DNA of 64,000 bases. It comes from a virus. Lineage: Duplodnaviria; Caudoviricetes. The translations under genes and the position numbers were made by a program. The number at the start of each line of letters is the position of its first letter. Position 1 is the stretch's first letter. The notes under the pieces were generated by a model, which saw nothing but the letters and a program-made list of their open reading frames with translations, was not told the origin of the DNA and did not search any database. Shown here piece by piece: positions 19,768 through 29,640 of this stretch. The DNA is taken from IMG/VR virus record IMGVR_UViG_3300005841_000939, one strand, 5' to 3'.

Positions 19768-20526
19768 TTATTTAACAACTTCTGCATTAGGATTTGCTGG
19801 AGCAGCAGGATTCAAATCTTTTTGAACCTCTTCTTCCATTTGCCATCCAGCATTGAAACCTTCCATCCAGCGAGTAACGTGAGAATAAGATTCCTTACTC
19901 AATTCACTTTCTGCCATTTGGCGAGCCATGTTCTTTGGATTTTCACCAGCTTTAAAACGCTTACGTGCTTCTGCAAAACCTTTTTCAAATGAACTTGTTG
20001 GGCCAGTTTGACCTGGATGTGGAGTGTCAATAATTGCTGATGCACCTTTTACTGGAGCTTCACAAGTTGAACCTGATGTGGTTGGTGCAGCATCATCATC
20101 AACTGCGTCTTCATCAATCTTTTGTTCGCATGGTGCTGTACCAGGAACTTCTTCTTCCAATTTTGGAACTTCTGCAATTACTGCATTTTCTTTAAGAACC
20201 AAAGCAAAAGCTTTTACTGATTCAACGATTTTTTCAAGTTTCTTTTCTGTTTCATATGAAACAACTGATTCTGAAAGCTTGGCAATACCTTCTTCAATTG
20301 GTTGCTTAGGATGAACTGTAGCAATTTGCTTTAATGATTCATTGGCTTTTTTAATATCTTCATAACCACTTATATCATTTGATCTTAGCTTAGATGTACC
20401 GTCTCTAAATAGTTTAACGGCTGTTTCCCAAGTCTCTAAAGCACTACTTTCTATCAAAACTCTTTGATAGTCACTATATTTTGCTTGTGGGGCTTTGAAA
20501 AACTTTGAAAATTCGATTTTTGACAT
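19768..20526 (-). CDS. acidic hypothetical protein
   Basis: 252-aa ORF with GGAG RBS. Confidence 0.6.
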   Translation of the reverse strand: MSKIEFSKFFKAPQAKYSDYQRVLIESSALETWETAVKLFRDGTSKLRSNDISGYEDIKKANESLKQIATVHPKQPIEEGIAKLSESVVSYETEKKLEKIVESVKAFALVLKENAVIAEVPKLEEEVPGTAPCEQKIDEDAVDDDAAPTTSGSTCEAPVKGASAIIDTPHPGQTGPTSSFEKGFAEARKRFKAGENPKNMARQMAESELSKESYSHVTRWMEGFNAGWQMEEEVQKDLNPAAPANPNAEVVK

Positions 20527-20550
20527 GCCAAGAACTCCTAAATCTTGACA

Positions 20551-21906
20551 TTATTTATACTTTTTTTCTTTAAAATGTTCTATCAGACGATCAGGCGTAA
20601 TTTCATACTTATAATCTTGTAAAAAACGACCATGTTGAATGTCATGAGCCAATGATGCAAAAATCTTTGAAAAATCTTTGTATGGAACTGGAACTTTCAT
20701 ATCCGTGAACGCTTTAATTAAGCTATCACCTGAAACTCTCAATATCCATGTATGAGCATAGGTGTCATTCAAATGAAATAATGGCTTATCGAAAATATCA
20801 ATTATTTCTTTATTTGCTTGATGCACATGCAAGCACAAATCAACATACTCTGAAATTGATTCTTGAACTTTTCTAGCGGAACTATGTACTCGCTCCATGT
20901 TCTCTTTTGATTTGTCGTAAAAATAAATGTGCAAGCATTGGTGGCAATGCATTAACGCCTTCCATTCATTCTTATCAGTTATTTTTGTAAAATCTCCACC
21001 ATTGAAGAATAATGCTGGCAACCATACTTTTTCCATTGAAGGAAATTCAGAATCGTCATCATCCTTATTGATGATGATCGGCTTGAAATCATCACCAAAC
21101 AATTCTTTGTCAATTCCATGATCCTTCATGCAATTGACGAATGTGTTATAGTCGCCAGACACACATCCTTTATAAAATTCGGCTTCAAATCTTTCTTTAC
21201 TAATGTTATGCAGTAAAGGAGCATTCCTCTTCATTGCTTGTGAAGTTTTAGGATCAATCTTCAACTTATACCGAGCAACAAATTGCAACGCCCTCAAAAT
21301 TCTTAGAGGATCTTCTGCAAAACGATCATCTGCATTACCAACAGCTTTTAAAATCTTTTTCTTGCCATCGTTCTCTGCTGTTTTATTTGGAGCAATGATA
21401 CGTTGAGGCTGTGCAATTTCAATTGCAAATGCATTGATGGTAAAATCTCTACGCTGCAAATCTTTTTCAATTGGAATTGAAGGATCTACTGACACGACAT
21501 TTCTATCAGTGTCAAAACGAGGAATACTAATCTGACATTCTTTTGTCAAGAAATTATTAATCATCAAAATACCAAACGATTTACCAACCTCATCAATCTT
21601 TAAATTAAAAGTTGCAATCTCTTTTATTATTTCTGTAATTTTTTCATATGCCAATCCAGCCACACAAAAATCATAATCAATTTTCTTCGTTGAATTATAA
21701 TAGTAATATGGTTGATTTTTTGATAATCCTAGGATATAATCCCGAACCATACCACCAACAAAATACAGAGTGCCACCAGCAGCCTGAACAGCAGCACCCA
21801 ACAACAAGATTCGTTCATAATCTCCGATATTAGGAACGAATGACAAGTGAGGATGTCTGTTTGATTTAAGGGCGTCAAAAATCTGGAGATATGGTTGCTG
21901 GGTCAT
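20551..21906 (-). CDS. cca: CCA-adding enzyme / poly(A) polymerase family nucleotidyltransferase
   Basis: FVGGMVRD, DYDF, DLQRRDFTINAFA, RFAEDPLRILRALQF. Confidence 0.88.
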   Translation of the reverse strand: MTQQPYLQIFDALKSNRHPHLSFVPNIGDYERILLLGAAVQAAGGTLYFVGGMVRDYILGLSKNQPYYYYNSTKKIDYDFCVAGLAYEKITEIIKEIATFNLKIDEVGKSFGILMINNFLTKECQISIPRFDTDRNVVSVDPSIPIEKDLQRRDFTINAFAIEIAQPQRIIAPNKTAENDGKKKILKAVGNADDRFAEDPLRILRALQFVARYKLKIDPKTSQAMKRNAPLLHNISKERFEAEFYKGCVSGDYNTFVNCMKDHGIDKELFGDDFKPIIINKDDDDSEFPSMEKVWLPALFFNGGDFTKITDKNEWKALMHCHQCLHIYFYDKSKENMERVHSSARKVQESISEYVDLCLHVHQANKEIIDIFDKPLFHLNDTYAHTWILRVSGDSLIKAFTDMKVPVPYKDFSKIFASLAHDIQHGRFLQDYKYEITPDRLIEHFKEKKYK

Positions 21907-21911
21907 AAAAT

Positions 21912-21943
21912 AAAAAAGTAGAGTGCTTTAAGACACTCTACTT
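21912..21943 (-). terminator. rho-independent terminator after the Ro60 gene
   Basis: AAGTAGAGTG/CACTCTACTT stem followed by a U run. Confidence 0.75.
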
Positions 21944-21969
21944 CTTCAATTTACAGAATCAAGAAGTTT

Positions 21970-23661
21970 TTAGGACTTCTTCTTGATGGCCTTCTTGACA
22001 CCAGCCTTCGCAGCATCAACCACTGGACTTGTTTCCAGGGTAATAGTGTCAATCAACTTCACGAAGTCACCACCATTGTATGTTCCATTGGCGAACAGGT
22101 CAATAACAGTGAAGCAATCATCCGAGAAACCACCGATGTACAATACATCAGTTCCAGTCTTCACTTGTTGTGAAGTGTTAGGAGTCACGTCAATTGAAAC
22201 GAAACGTGCCTTAGGATTGCGACTCTTGAACTTCAACCATTCCGCGTGAGCCGAAGTGCCGTAGTCATTTGACATGTCGCGCCATGATTCATTGTCAGAA
22301 ACCATGATGATCAAGTCACCCTTGGCATTATCACGGTTCAACTTGCGGATTGGCGCACTGCATGAGGTTCCACCTGATGGCAAATGGGCGATGACATTTG
22401 AATTTGATACAACTGAATCACGAGGATTCAAGCGGCATGGAACAACATCATCACTGAAACAGATTACCTCTGCATCTGGATTCTTGCGCAAAACAGCCGA
22501 AGCCACCAATGCAGCAACATCGCGACAAGACACCTTTGAAGAAGTATTGCCACGGTTTCCAGTCACAGGAGAACCCATTGAACCTGACACGTCAACGCAT
22601 ACATACACCTTACCTGCGAAGGTTGGAATATTCTCGGTTGAGATTTCCAATGCGTCTTGCAACGCATTAGTGATTTGCGAAGGAATTCCTTCCTCAACAT
22701 TCTTGTATGCTGCCAAGAGTTGGTAAGGGAATACCTTACTCTTCTCAATTGATGCGCGATCACGGAGCTTATCCGAAACAGTGCCAATCATCTTGGAATC
22801 GTTGAAAACTCCTTGACGCAAGAAAGTATTCAAGTTCATGCGAGTTGCATGCCAAGGAGCATTCTTCGCAATTGCAGTCCACTCGGGTGTTCCGAGATTC
22901 AATGCAGTCAGAAGACGGAATTCCACATCAGGAATTTCTGAAATGTTGGCCTTACCAGAAAGAACAGAAGTCTTGAACTTCTCGTACTTTTGCACAGTTT
23001 CAGGAAGTTCTGACAAAAGGACAGTGGTTGCACGCCCGTGCTTGTCATTAACCATATCACTCTTGCGAGTAACAACCTTCTTGCCGATGAGATATGCGAA
23101 CAATGCAGCTTGCACACTATCACGAGGAGCAGGGTGAGCCATCTTGATCACGTCAGCAATTGATGGATCATTACCAACTGAATCCTTGAAGAGGGAATCA
23201 TCACGACGGGTCTTGAACCATGCATTGATGAGCTTCTTCACACTGGTACCGAAAGACTTACGTCCAACCTTACCAGAACGGATGATTTGACAGAAGTTAC
23301 GCAACATCTTACCGTTGTCGATAACTTGAGGGAACACTACCTTCAAAACACTCACATCCTTAGATGCGAGAATTGCACATAGAAGTGCAGGAGTGTCCTT
23401 CATGAAAGAGTGCTTGCGTGCGTAGATTGCAGTACGACCGATGAAAGTCGCAGGAACCTTGTTGCAGAGCGAGATGATTTCTGCAAGTTGATCACCAGCA
23501 GAAGTATAGAAGGTATTTCCCAAAGTACCAACGATGGCCATTTGCGCCAGCTTTTCGCGGTCGCCGAGGTCATACGCAGCCCCGCCAGCGTGGTTTACCA
23601 CAGTGGCAACGGGAGACTTGGACTTAGGAGTTGAGGAACCGAAGAGATTCTTATTAGCCAT
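21970..23661 (-). CDS. rsr: Ro60/TROVE-domain RNA-binding protein (Rsr) with C-terminal vWA domain
   Basis: NHAGGAAY, GTLGNTFY, MKDTPALL, NGKMLRNF, RMNLNT, VFPYQLLAAY, VDVSGSM, SDNESW; start placed at the ATG at 23661 (563 aa). Confidence 0.92.
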   Translation of the reverse strand: MANKNLFGSSTPKSKSPVATVVNHAGGAAYDLGDREKLAQMAIVGTLGNTFYTSAGDQLAEIISLCNKVPATFIGRTAIYARKHSFMKDTPALLCAILASKDVSVLKVVFPQVIDNGKMLRNFCQIIRSGKVGRKSFGTSVKKLINAWFKTRRDDSLFKDSVGNDPSIADVIKMAHPAPRDSVQAALFAYLIGKKVVTRKSDMVNDKHGRATTVLLSELPETVQKYEKFKTSVLSGKANISEIPDVEFRLLTALNLGTPEWTAIAKNAPWHATRMNLNTFLRQGVFNDSKMIGTVSDKLRDRASIEKSKVFPYQLLAAYKNVEEGIPSQITNALQDALEISTENIPTFAGKVYVCVDVSGSMGSPVTGNRGNTSSKVSCRDVAALVASAVLRKNPDAEVICFSDDVVPCRLNPRDSVVSNSNVIAHLPSGGTSCSAPIRKLNRDNAKGDLIIMVSDNESWRDMSNDYGTSAHAEWLKFKSRNPKARFVSIDVTPNTSQQVKTGTDVLYIGGFSDDCFTVIDLFANGTYNGGDFVKLIDTITLETSPVVDAAKAGVKKAIKKKS

Positions 23662-23763
23662 GATGCATTTTCCTTTCAGGAAACAATTGGTTGGCGAGTT
23701 AGTATAGAGATAAATTTTAAAGTGACAAGTGTTAATTGTCACCAAAGAATATACCTATTATAC

Positions 23764-24411
23764 TTAAATAATTATTTTTTCAACTACGGTACTATCATCA
23801 ATGATGACTGCACCAAGTTGACCGTTACCATCCGATTTACCGCATTGTAAATCCACACAATATGCGTTTGGCTCAACGTCAATAACATGTGAATGAATGT
23901 GGCCGAAGATAACCGGTTTATCGCTGGTTTCACCAGGATATTTTTCTGATAATTTCATCCGAATTGGTTTACCCTCAGCATCAAAACCAGCAACCCATCC
24001 ATAGAAGAATCGGTCAAAAGGAACATTGTCCCAATCATGTTGAAATAGGGCAGCCGGGGCATGTGAAATTCCGACGTGTTCGGTTTTGAAATAATGGCGC
24101 TGCTTGTCTCGGGTATCACCAACACAGTTGAGAAGGGCAGTTTTAAATGCCTCAAAGTCACGATCAGTCAATTGTTCCGGAAAAACACGCTTCTCTTTGC
24201 GAATCTTTTTCAGATAAGCAAATTCGTGATTTCCAACTAGACGAATGCTGTTAGGAACTGATGCACAATAATTTAAAACATCAATTGGCTGAGGACCACG
24301 GTCAACGTAATCACCAACGAAAACGACCAGATCAACTTTTGAGAAATATGAATCAAGTTGACGAACCTTGTCGTAAACTCCGTGAATGTCACCAACAGCT
24401 AAGATACGCAT
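23764..24411 (-). CDS. calcineurin-like metallophosphoesterase
   Basis: GDIHG, GDYVDRG, GNHE, FGH motifs. Confidence 0.88.
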   Translation of the reverse strand: MRILAVGDIHGVYDKVRQLDSYFSKVDLVVFVGDYVDRGPQPIDVLNYCASVPNSIRLVGNHEFAYLKKIRKEKRVFPEQLTDRDFEAFKTALLNCVGDTRDKQRHYFKTEHVGISHAPAALFQHDWDNVPFDRFFYGWVAGFDAEGKPIRMKLSEKYPGETSDKPVIFGHIHSHVIDVEPNAYCVDLQCGKSDGNGQLGAVIIDDSTVVEKIII

Positions 24412-24515
24412 GATGTATCAAGTATAGAGATAAGGTGTAAAAATCAATCATTACCTTGAATGCTACTTTATAGATAATTCATTGAATATGCATGCGCTTA
24501 TGGTATAAAGCAATA

Positions 24516-24635
24516 ATGCTCAAGAAGATTTCTATTGGTTTTATGGTTATTTTAGGTATGTTCCTGATTACAGGATGTTCATGCAGAATAAAAGAACATA
24601 CCTACAATACACTGACATTAGAAATTGGTCAGTAA
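24516..24635 (+). CDS. small putative lipoprotein (39 aa, not in the ORF track)
   Basis: MLKKISIGFMVILGMFLITGC signal peptide with lipobox; upstream TTGAAT-N16-TATAAA. Confidence 0.45.
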   Translation: MLKKISIGFMVILGMFLITGCSCRIKEHTYNTLTLEIGQ

Positions 24636-24886
24636 TCTTTGCGACGATTTGTAACTTCATGTGAAGTTAATTTAGATAAACATTCACGTTCTTCATTGGT
24701 CAACGTTTGAAGAAGTGCGCCAGGCAATAAATCTGCTGGAATTTCTTTTCCACTACGAAAACATTCTTTTAAACGATCGGGATCAGGTGATCCAACCATA
24801 TACCTGCGCATAATAGCTTGATCAATTAATTTCTGAAAAACATCAAGTGGTTGCATTACGATTCTTCCCAAGGAAAAACTAACCAA
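24629..24886 (-). CDS. small hypothetical protein
   Basis: 85-aa ORF; start uncertain. Confidence 0.4.
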   Translation of the reverse strand: MVSFSLGRIVMQPLDVFQKLIDQAIMRRYMVGSPDPDRLKECFRSGKEIPADLLPGALLQTLTNEERECLSKLTSHEVTNRRKDY

Positions 24887-25317
24887 CCTTCTGGTTTTCT
24901 ACTACCAATATATTTATTTTTACTTATTTTCTTTGCATATAAAGCTGCAATAGAATAATTTTCAACATTATTTTTTGTTAAAACTTTTTCCAGCCATTTA
25001 ATTGTTCGTCCACTATCAATTAGATCATCAACAAACAATACATGTTCAACTTCCCAATTGAAAAGCTGTGCCAATTCGTTTTCAGAAATGCTATCTGAAC
25101 TTATTTTTGTTTGAATATCAGTACCTTTGTAAAAACTTATACGAATATCAGAATAAGGTACATCCAGTAGCAAAGCAATTCGCTTGGCTGGTATGACACC
25201 ACCATTGCGAATACCCACAACTCGGGTAAAACGCTCTGTACCTGCTTCAATCTGTTTAACAATTGCATCTGTTTGTACAAATATGTCTTGCCATCTTAAA
25301 ATAACTTTTTCTGTCAT
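24856..25317 (-). CDS. type I phosphoribosyltransferase
   Basis: VVGIRNGG, VLFVDDLIDSGRT PRPP-binding loop, WLVFPWE. Confidence 0.85.
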   Translation of the reverse strand: MTEKVILRWQDIFVQTDAIVKQIEAGTERFTRVVGIRNGGVIPAKRIALLLDVPYSDIRISFYKGTDIQTKISSDSISENELAQLFNWEVEHVLFVDDLIDSGRTIKWLEKVLTKNNVENYSIAALYAKKISKNKYIGSRKPEGWLVFPWEES

Positions 25318-26312
25318 TTTAATTCCGATTTAATATTCTTACCTTCAAAAGTTTTAATCAATTCATCAAAAGTAAGATTGCACACTTCATCAATCCAATC
25401 ACCTACAAAATACAATTTAGTGCTACCGTTAATAACACCAAATAAAATTGGATCTTTTTTCTTAGCAAGTATTTCAGCTTCTTCTTGCTTTGTATGTTTG
25501 AAAGCAGTAACAGAAGGATCATAATGAAGGATGACATAATTGTCAAACGCCATCAATTCATCAACAAGCAATTTCTTTTTAATAATATCATATGGAATTT
25601 CACGATGAAAATTCTTAATGTAATCCAAACGTAGACCTTTTTCAGATTCTGCAACAAACGATGCAACATCTGATTCATCCAAATATTTGACATTGTTGGA
25701 TGCAAACAAACGAGCCTCAAATTCAGCAACATCACGTTGATTTTCGTATGTTTCTTTCAACGAAGTTTGTCCAGCAATCTTTGCTTTTTCAATCATTTCT
25801 TGAATAAGTTTTACCTTATTATCATATTTCTTTAAATCAACCAATCCTGACTTTATAATATGGAAAAGTTGTTGTGCATCGTATTTTGGAACAACATCAA
25901 CTTCTTTTACCGCTTTAGCTTGCTTCCCATAATCATTTTCTTCTCGCCAATATAGAATTGCAGATTTAATGACAGAAAATAGTGAACGCTTATGAGGTTG
26001 ATAATTTATTATTCCCAAGGAATCTACTGCATTAAATCTTTGAAAAGCTGAGGTTTGATTTGTAAAACCATTTCCTTCTATTTGATTGAATACAGGACGC
26101 ATAACGATTTCACCCGATGATGTTGGTGCATCTTTATCCATACTATTTCTATCTTCAACAAATTTTTTCCATTTAGGTAATTCTCTATCAATAGAAATAC
26201 CACCATTCATATCTTCAAATATTGCAAGGTGCCATTTGCCAGAGGAATCTTTAAAAATCATAGTCGTTGAATTATAGCGTCCAATATGACGTGTCAAATT
26301 GTCCTTGGTCAA
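25314..26312 (-). CDS. hypothetical protein
   Basis: 332-aa ORF. Confidence 0.65.
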   Translation of the reverse strand: MTKDNLTRHIGRYNSTTMIFKDSSGKWHLAIFEDMNGGISIDRELPKWKKFVEDRNSMDKDAPTSSGEIVMRPVFNQIEGNGFTNQTSAFQRFNAVDSLGIINYQPHKRSLFSVIKSAILYWREENDYGKQAKAVKEVDVVPKYDAQQLFHIIKSGLVDLKKYDNKVKLIQEMIEKAKIAGQTSLKETYENQRDVAEFEARLFASNNVKYLDESDVASFVAESEKGLRLDYIKNFHREIPYDIIKKKLLVDELMAFDNYVILHYDPSVTAFKHTKQEEAEILAKKKDPILFGVINGSTKLYFVGDWIDEVCNLTFDELIKTFEGKNIKSELK

Positions 26313-26796
26313 CTTTATTGAGTTCTTCTTTCAATTTATCCCATGTAGGAAATAGATGTTGACTCTTAACAAGGACTGGAACCCAAAAATTGAACTTATC
26401 CAATTGACTGCGATCATATTTAAGAAGGACAGGTTTCTTTTGAATATGCGAGGCCATAACTACTTCGTGCCAGGTCCCAACTGTTGGAATTTCAGGATTG
26501 TAATTCACAATGATGAAATCGCTTTTATCAACCGAACGCAAATCCCAACGCGCAACAGGCCAAAACAATTTTTTGTGTTCTTCCCATTTTTCTTGCATGA
26601 TCAAATCTTTAAAGCGTTGGCGTTCCTCTGGTGTTTCTGCAAGACCCTCTTTATCTTTCTTCAATGGATCCAATACATTCACACCAAGATCAGCAAGGAA
26701 TGGCTTTATTCCTTCTCGCCAATTACTCATTTCAGTACTTGATGCTGCTGCAATTGGACCGCAGAGATAGCAAGTTTTACCTTTGAGATATTCCAT
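26272..26796 (-). CDS. nucleoside 2-deoxyribosyltransferase-like protein
   Basis: CYLCGPI...VLDPL...DLRSVDKSDFIIV...GTWHEV. Confidence 0.7.
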   Translation of the reverse strand: MEYLKGKTCYLCGPIAAASSTEMSNWREGIKPFLADLGVNVLDPLKKDKEGLAETPEERQRFKDLIMQEKWEEHKKLFWPVARWDLRSVDKSDFIIVNYNPEIPTVGTWHEVVMASHIQKKPVLLKYDRSQLDKFNFWVPVLVKSQHLFPTWDKLKEELNKVDQGQFDTSYWTL

Positions 26797-27143
26797 TAGT
26801 GAGATTCTCCGCCACCATTACGATTTGGAATAACTGGCTCAGGACAAACATCAACTTTTGGTATATTTTGAAGTTCGGGATAAATGCTTGTTGTATCGCC
26901 ATTCTTTTCAATACAAGTATCTTCATATCCTGCAACTTGGCGACGATATAATTCAATTTTAGAGCATTCTAATGCGCCAATTACTTCGTTGAGAACTGCA
27001 TAACTAACACCCTTCTTACGAATGTATGCATGAACCATTTCAGTAATTGCATAATTTAAATCACCAGCAACAGTTGCTTCCTTAGCAATCGCTTGTGCAT
27101 GATCAAAATATTTACTGCGATTTTCTTGTTTAATATAAGGCAT
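26796..27143 (-). CDS. small hypothetical phage protein
   Basis: MPYIKQENR...GDLNYAIT...KIELYRRQVAGYED. Confidence 0.6.
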   Translation of the reverse strand: MPYIKQENRSKYFDHAQAIAKEATVAGDLNYAITEMVHAYIRKKGVSYAVLNEVIGALECSKIELYRRQVAGYEDTCIEKNGDTTSIYPELQNIPKVDVCPEPVIPNRNGGGESH

Positions 27144-27355
27144 TAGTGTTCAACCTCCAAAATAGCAACTATTTCATTACCATTATCAACATCATTAAGG
27201 GCAGAATTCAATTGTGCGGATGTCGGCTTTTTATCAAAACCAACAGTAAATGATGAACCGTCAATAGAATCTACGAAAACAACTACATATGTTTTCTTAA
27301 ATTTTTTGTCTTCTTTTTGTTTTATTATTTTAAATGGTACAAGCTTCGTTTTCAT
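27143..27355 (-). CDS. small hypothetical protein
   Basis: 70-aa ORF, TAATG coupling. Confidence 0.5.
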   Translation of the reverse strand: MKTKLVPFKIIKQKEDKKFKKTYVVVFVDSIDGSSFTVGFDKKPTSAQLNSALNDVDNGNEIVAILEVEH

Positions 27356-27387
27356 ACCAACGATTTTATCGTTTTATAGAAACAAAA

Positions 27388-27696
27388 TCAAGAATTTTTC
27401 TTAGCAACTATTTCATCTATTTCTGCATAGGAATAGACAATTTTAATCAATTTATCTACGCCTAATGCCTTCAATATATTTAAAGCTCTTGTTGTTGGAT
27501 TCAATAATGCAATTACTCGGCCATTGCTGAAGTTAATAAACGAAATAAATGTTGAATTAACAACATGTAAAGCTGACATATCAAAAACAATCCATTTTTC
27601 TTTAATCAATGATTCATCAATTAGTTCAAGATCATGTAAATCATTAAGAGAACGAATTTCTATGATCTTGTACATTTGGCTTGTTATGCTACTCAT
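27388..27696 (-). CDS. STAS-domain anti-sigma-factor antagonist-like protein
   Basis: IVFDMSALHVVNSTFI...LNILKALGVDKLI. Confidence 0.6.
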   Translation of the reverse strand: MSSITSQMYKIIEIRSLNDLHDLELIDESLIKEKWIVFDMSALHVVNSTFISFINFSNGRVIALLNPTTRALNILKALGVDKLIKIVYSYAEIDEIVAKKNS

Positions 27697-27719
27697 ATTT
27701 TTATTAACCTCAACAAATT

Positions 27720-28505
27720 TTATACATGCTTCTTAACAAATGCATCTGCTCCAACATCATCAACTGCCAAATATCCACCTTTAGTCTTAATATTCTTTTT
27801 CATTTCAGTGATCAAGTTTGAAACATCATCTTGATAACCTAAATCATGTTGTGCATCACTTAGAACTGATTTAGCCCAATCAACAGGATCTTTACCACCA
27901 CATTGTGCTTTCAATTTTTCTTTTGCGTCAGGATCTAAGGCACTAAATACATCATCAAAATTACTCAAAAGAACATCAACAGATGTAATTGCACCAACAG
28001 CAGCCTTTTTGTTTGCATCGTAATTTGGTAAGCAGCGTTGTGCTACCATTTGAATTGATGAACCAATGATATTAAATGGTGGACCCATAAATTTACCAAC
28101 AAAACCTGCAGCCATAGCACCAAATCCAAGAATAGAAGCCCATCCTATAGCACCAAACCCTTGTGGACCTTGACTAACAAAGTTTGAAATTTTAACTAAT
28201 TCAGTATTTTGTTGACCTGGTTGCTTTATCTTTTCAGCATCAACAATTTGTTGTGCAGTTGATGTTGCTTGTATTTCATGATCGGGATCAATTTTATTAG
28301 CCGCTGCATCTGATGTATATGCAATGAAACGCAATGCATCATCTGGCGATACACCACCAGGATATTGTGCTGATTTAGCAACTTCACTATCGTTACGTAA
28401 CTGCTTAATTGCATATTCTTCACTTGAAGAACGTAAACAACCACTTGTAACAAATATGCTTACAATTAAAAAGACTTGAAGAGAATATTTATACAAGATG
28501 TTCAT
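27720..28505 (-). CDS. putative lipoprotein with a Gly-rich hydrophobic segment
   Basis: signal peptide ending VTSGC; GFGAIGWASILGFGAMAAGFVG; TATAAATA 22 nt upstream. Confidence 0.6.
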   Translation of the reverse strand: MNILYKYSLQVFLIVSIFVTSGCLRSSSEEYAIKQLRNDSEVAKSAQYPGGVSPDDALRFIAYTSDAAANKIDPDHEIQATSTAQQIVDAEKIKQPGQQNTELVKISNFVSQGPQGFGAIGWASILGFGAMAAGFVGKFMGPPFNIIGSSIQMVAQRCLPNYDANKKAAVGAITSVDVLLSNFDDVFSALDPDAKEKLKAQCGGKDPVDWAKSVLSDAQHDLGYQDDVSNLITEMKKNIKTKGGYLAVDDVGADAFVKKHV

Positions 28506-28544
28506 AGTAGTTGCTCCTACTACGACTATTTATAAATATTTTTA

Positions 28545-29609
28545 CTAAATACGGTTTCCTGTGAAGTAATACGCCAAACTTACATCATATCCTTCACTCT
28601 TTTCATTCTTGCTGTCATATGCAATTATTGAGAATGTGTGAACATCATTAGTCAATTCAGTTGTTAGAATTGAACCATTTAATCCTGGATTTTGTGCATA
28701 AGATTTATTCCATAAATCAATGAGCCAAGCCTGTTTACCACCATCAATTGATACTGCTATTTTTCCTGAACTCTTTGTTGATAACCAATACAATCCAAAC
28801 ACACTTCCTCTAAAAATACCAAATAATGGAACACCCTTTTGGAACGATTCAAACAAATTGAACTCGCGATTTCCATAATCGTTCCAAGGTATCTTTTTCC
28901 ATCCACCAGTTGGAGAAAATTCATTGGTACGAGGAGTATCTATTAAAAAATTACCATCAATACGTGCTGGTACTGATTTGTGCTCAATTGCAAAAATATT
29001 CTCTTCAATAAAATCTGTCAATGCTTTAGCATATGCCGCATGTCCAAAATTATTTGGATGCCAACGGGCATCTTGCATCAAATCATCAATTGCCCATTTT
29101 GAAAGTTGTTCACCTTTCCAGAGATATTGTCCAACATCTATTGTTGGAATACCATATGTATTCATAATTGGACGATACCATTTATCTAATTGATGACGTT
29201 CTAAACCCTGATAATGCTTCGTTAAGAAACCACCATATGGATATATATTGAAAATAAATGTTGATGGCAAATGCGTTCTAATCAAACGAATTGCAGTTTC
29301 TAACCACATTCTACCCGATTCTGATGGTAGATGCCAATCTTCACCCGCAATCTCTAATAATAAAATATCTGGCTTTTCTTTTAAAATAGCCTCCATGAAA
29401 TATACTGATAAATGAATTGATGAGTTTCTAGGATATCCTAGATTCATTTCAATTACTTGAGAATTTACAAATTTATCAGAAAACCAATTGCAAAATAATC
29501 TTGAAAAGCGTTCATCATCAGGATTAGCTAAACCAAATCCCTCAGTAATGCAACTACCAACAAATGCTATTTTTACAGGTTTACCAGCAAAATCACTAAT
29601 TAGATCCAT
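28545..29609 (-). CDS. SGNH/GDSL hydrolase-family protein
   Basis: IAFVGSCITEG block I, DARWHPNNFGH block V. Confidence 0.7.
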   Translation of the reverse strand: MDLISDFAGKPVKIAFVGSCITEGFGLANPDDERFSRLFCNWFSDKFVNSQVIEMNLGYPRNSSIHLSVYFMEAILKEKPDILLLEIAGEDWHLPSESGRMWLETAIRLIRTHLPSTFIFNIYPYGGFLTKHYQGLERHQLDKWYRPIMNTYGIPTIDVGQYLWKGEQLSKWAIDDLMQDARWHPNNFGHAAYAKALTDFIEENIFAIEHKSVPARIDGNFLIDTPRTNEFSPTGGWKKIPWNDYGNREFNLFESFQKGVPLFGIFRGSVFGLYWLSTKSSGKIAVSIDGGKQAWLIDLWNKSYAQNPGLNGSILTTELTNDVHTFSIIAYDSKNEKSEGYDVSLAYYFTGNRI

Positions 29610-29640
29610 TCACCCATTATAGAATGGGTGGACCAAATTA

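Noticed and set aside
23662-23745. N-terminal extension of Ro60 in the ORF track
   Set aside because: The ATG at 23661 (MANKNLF) follows GAAAGGAAAA and matches the usual family start. The extension looks like intergenic sequence.
23662-23763. Y RNA directly adjacent to rsr
   Set aside because: I looked on both sides of the Ro60 gene and found only a short GTGACAA/TTGTCAC hairpin upstream and a terminator downstream.
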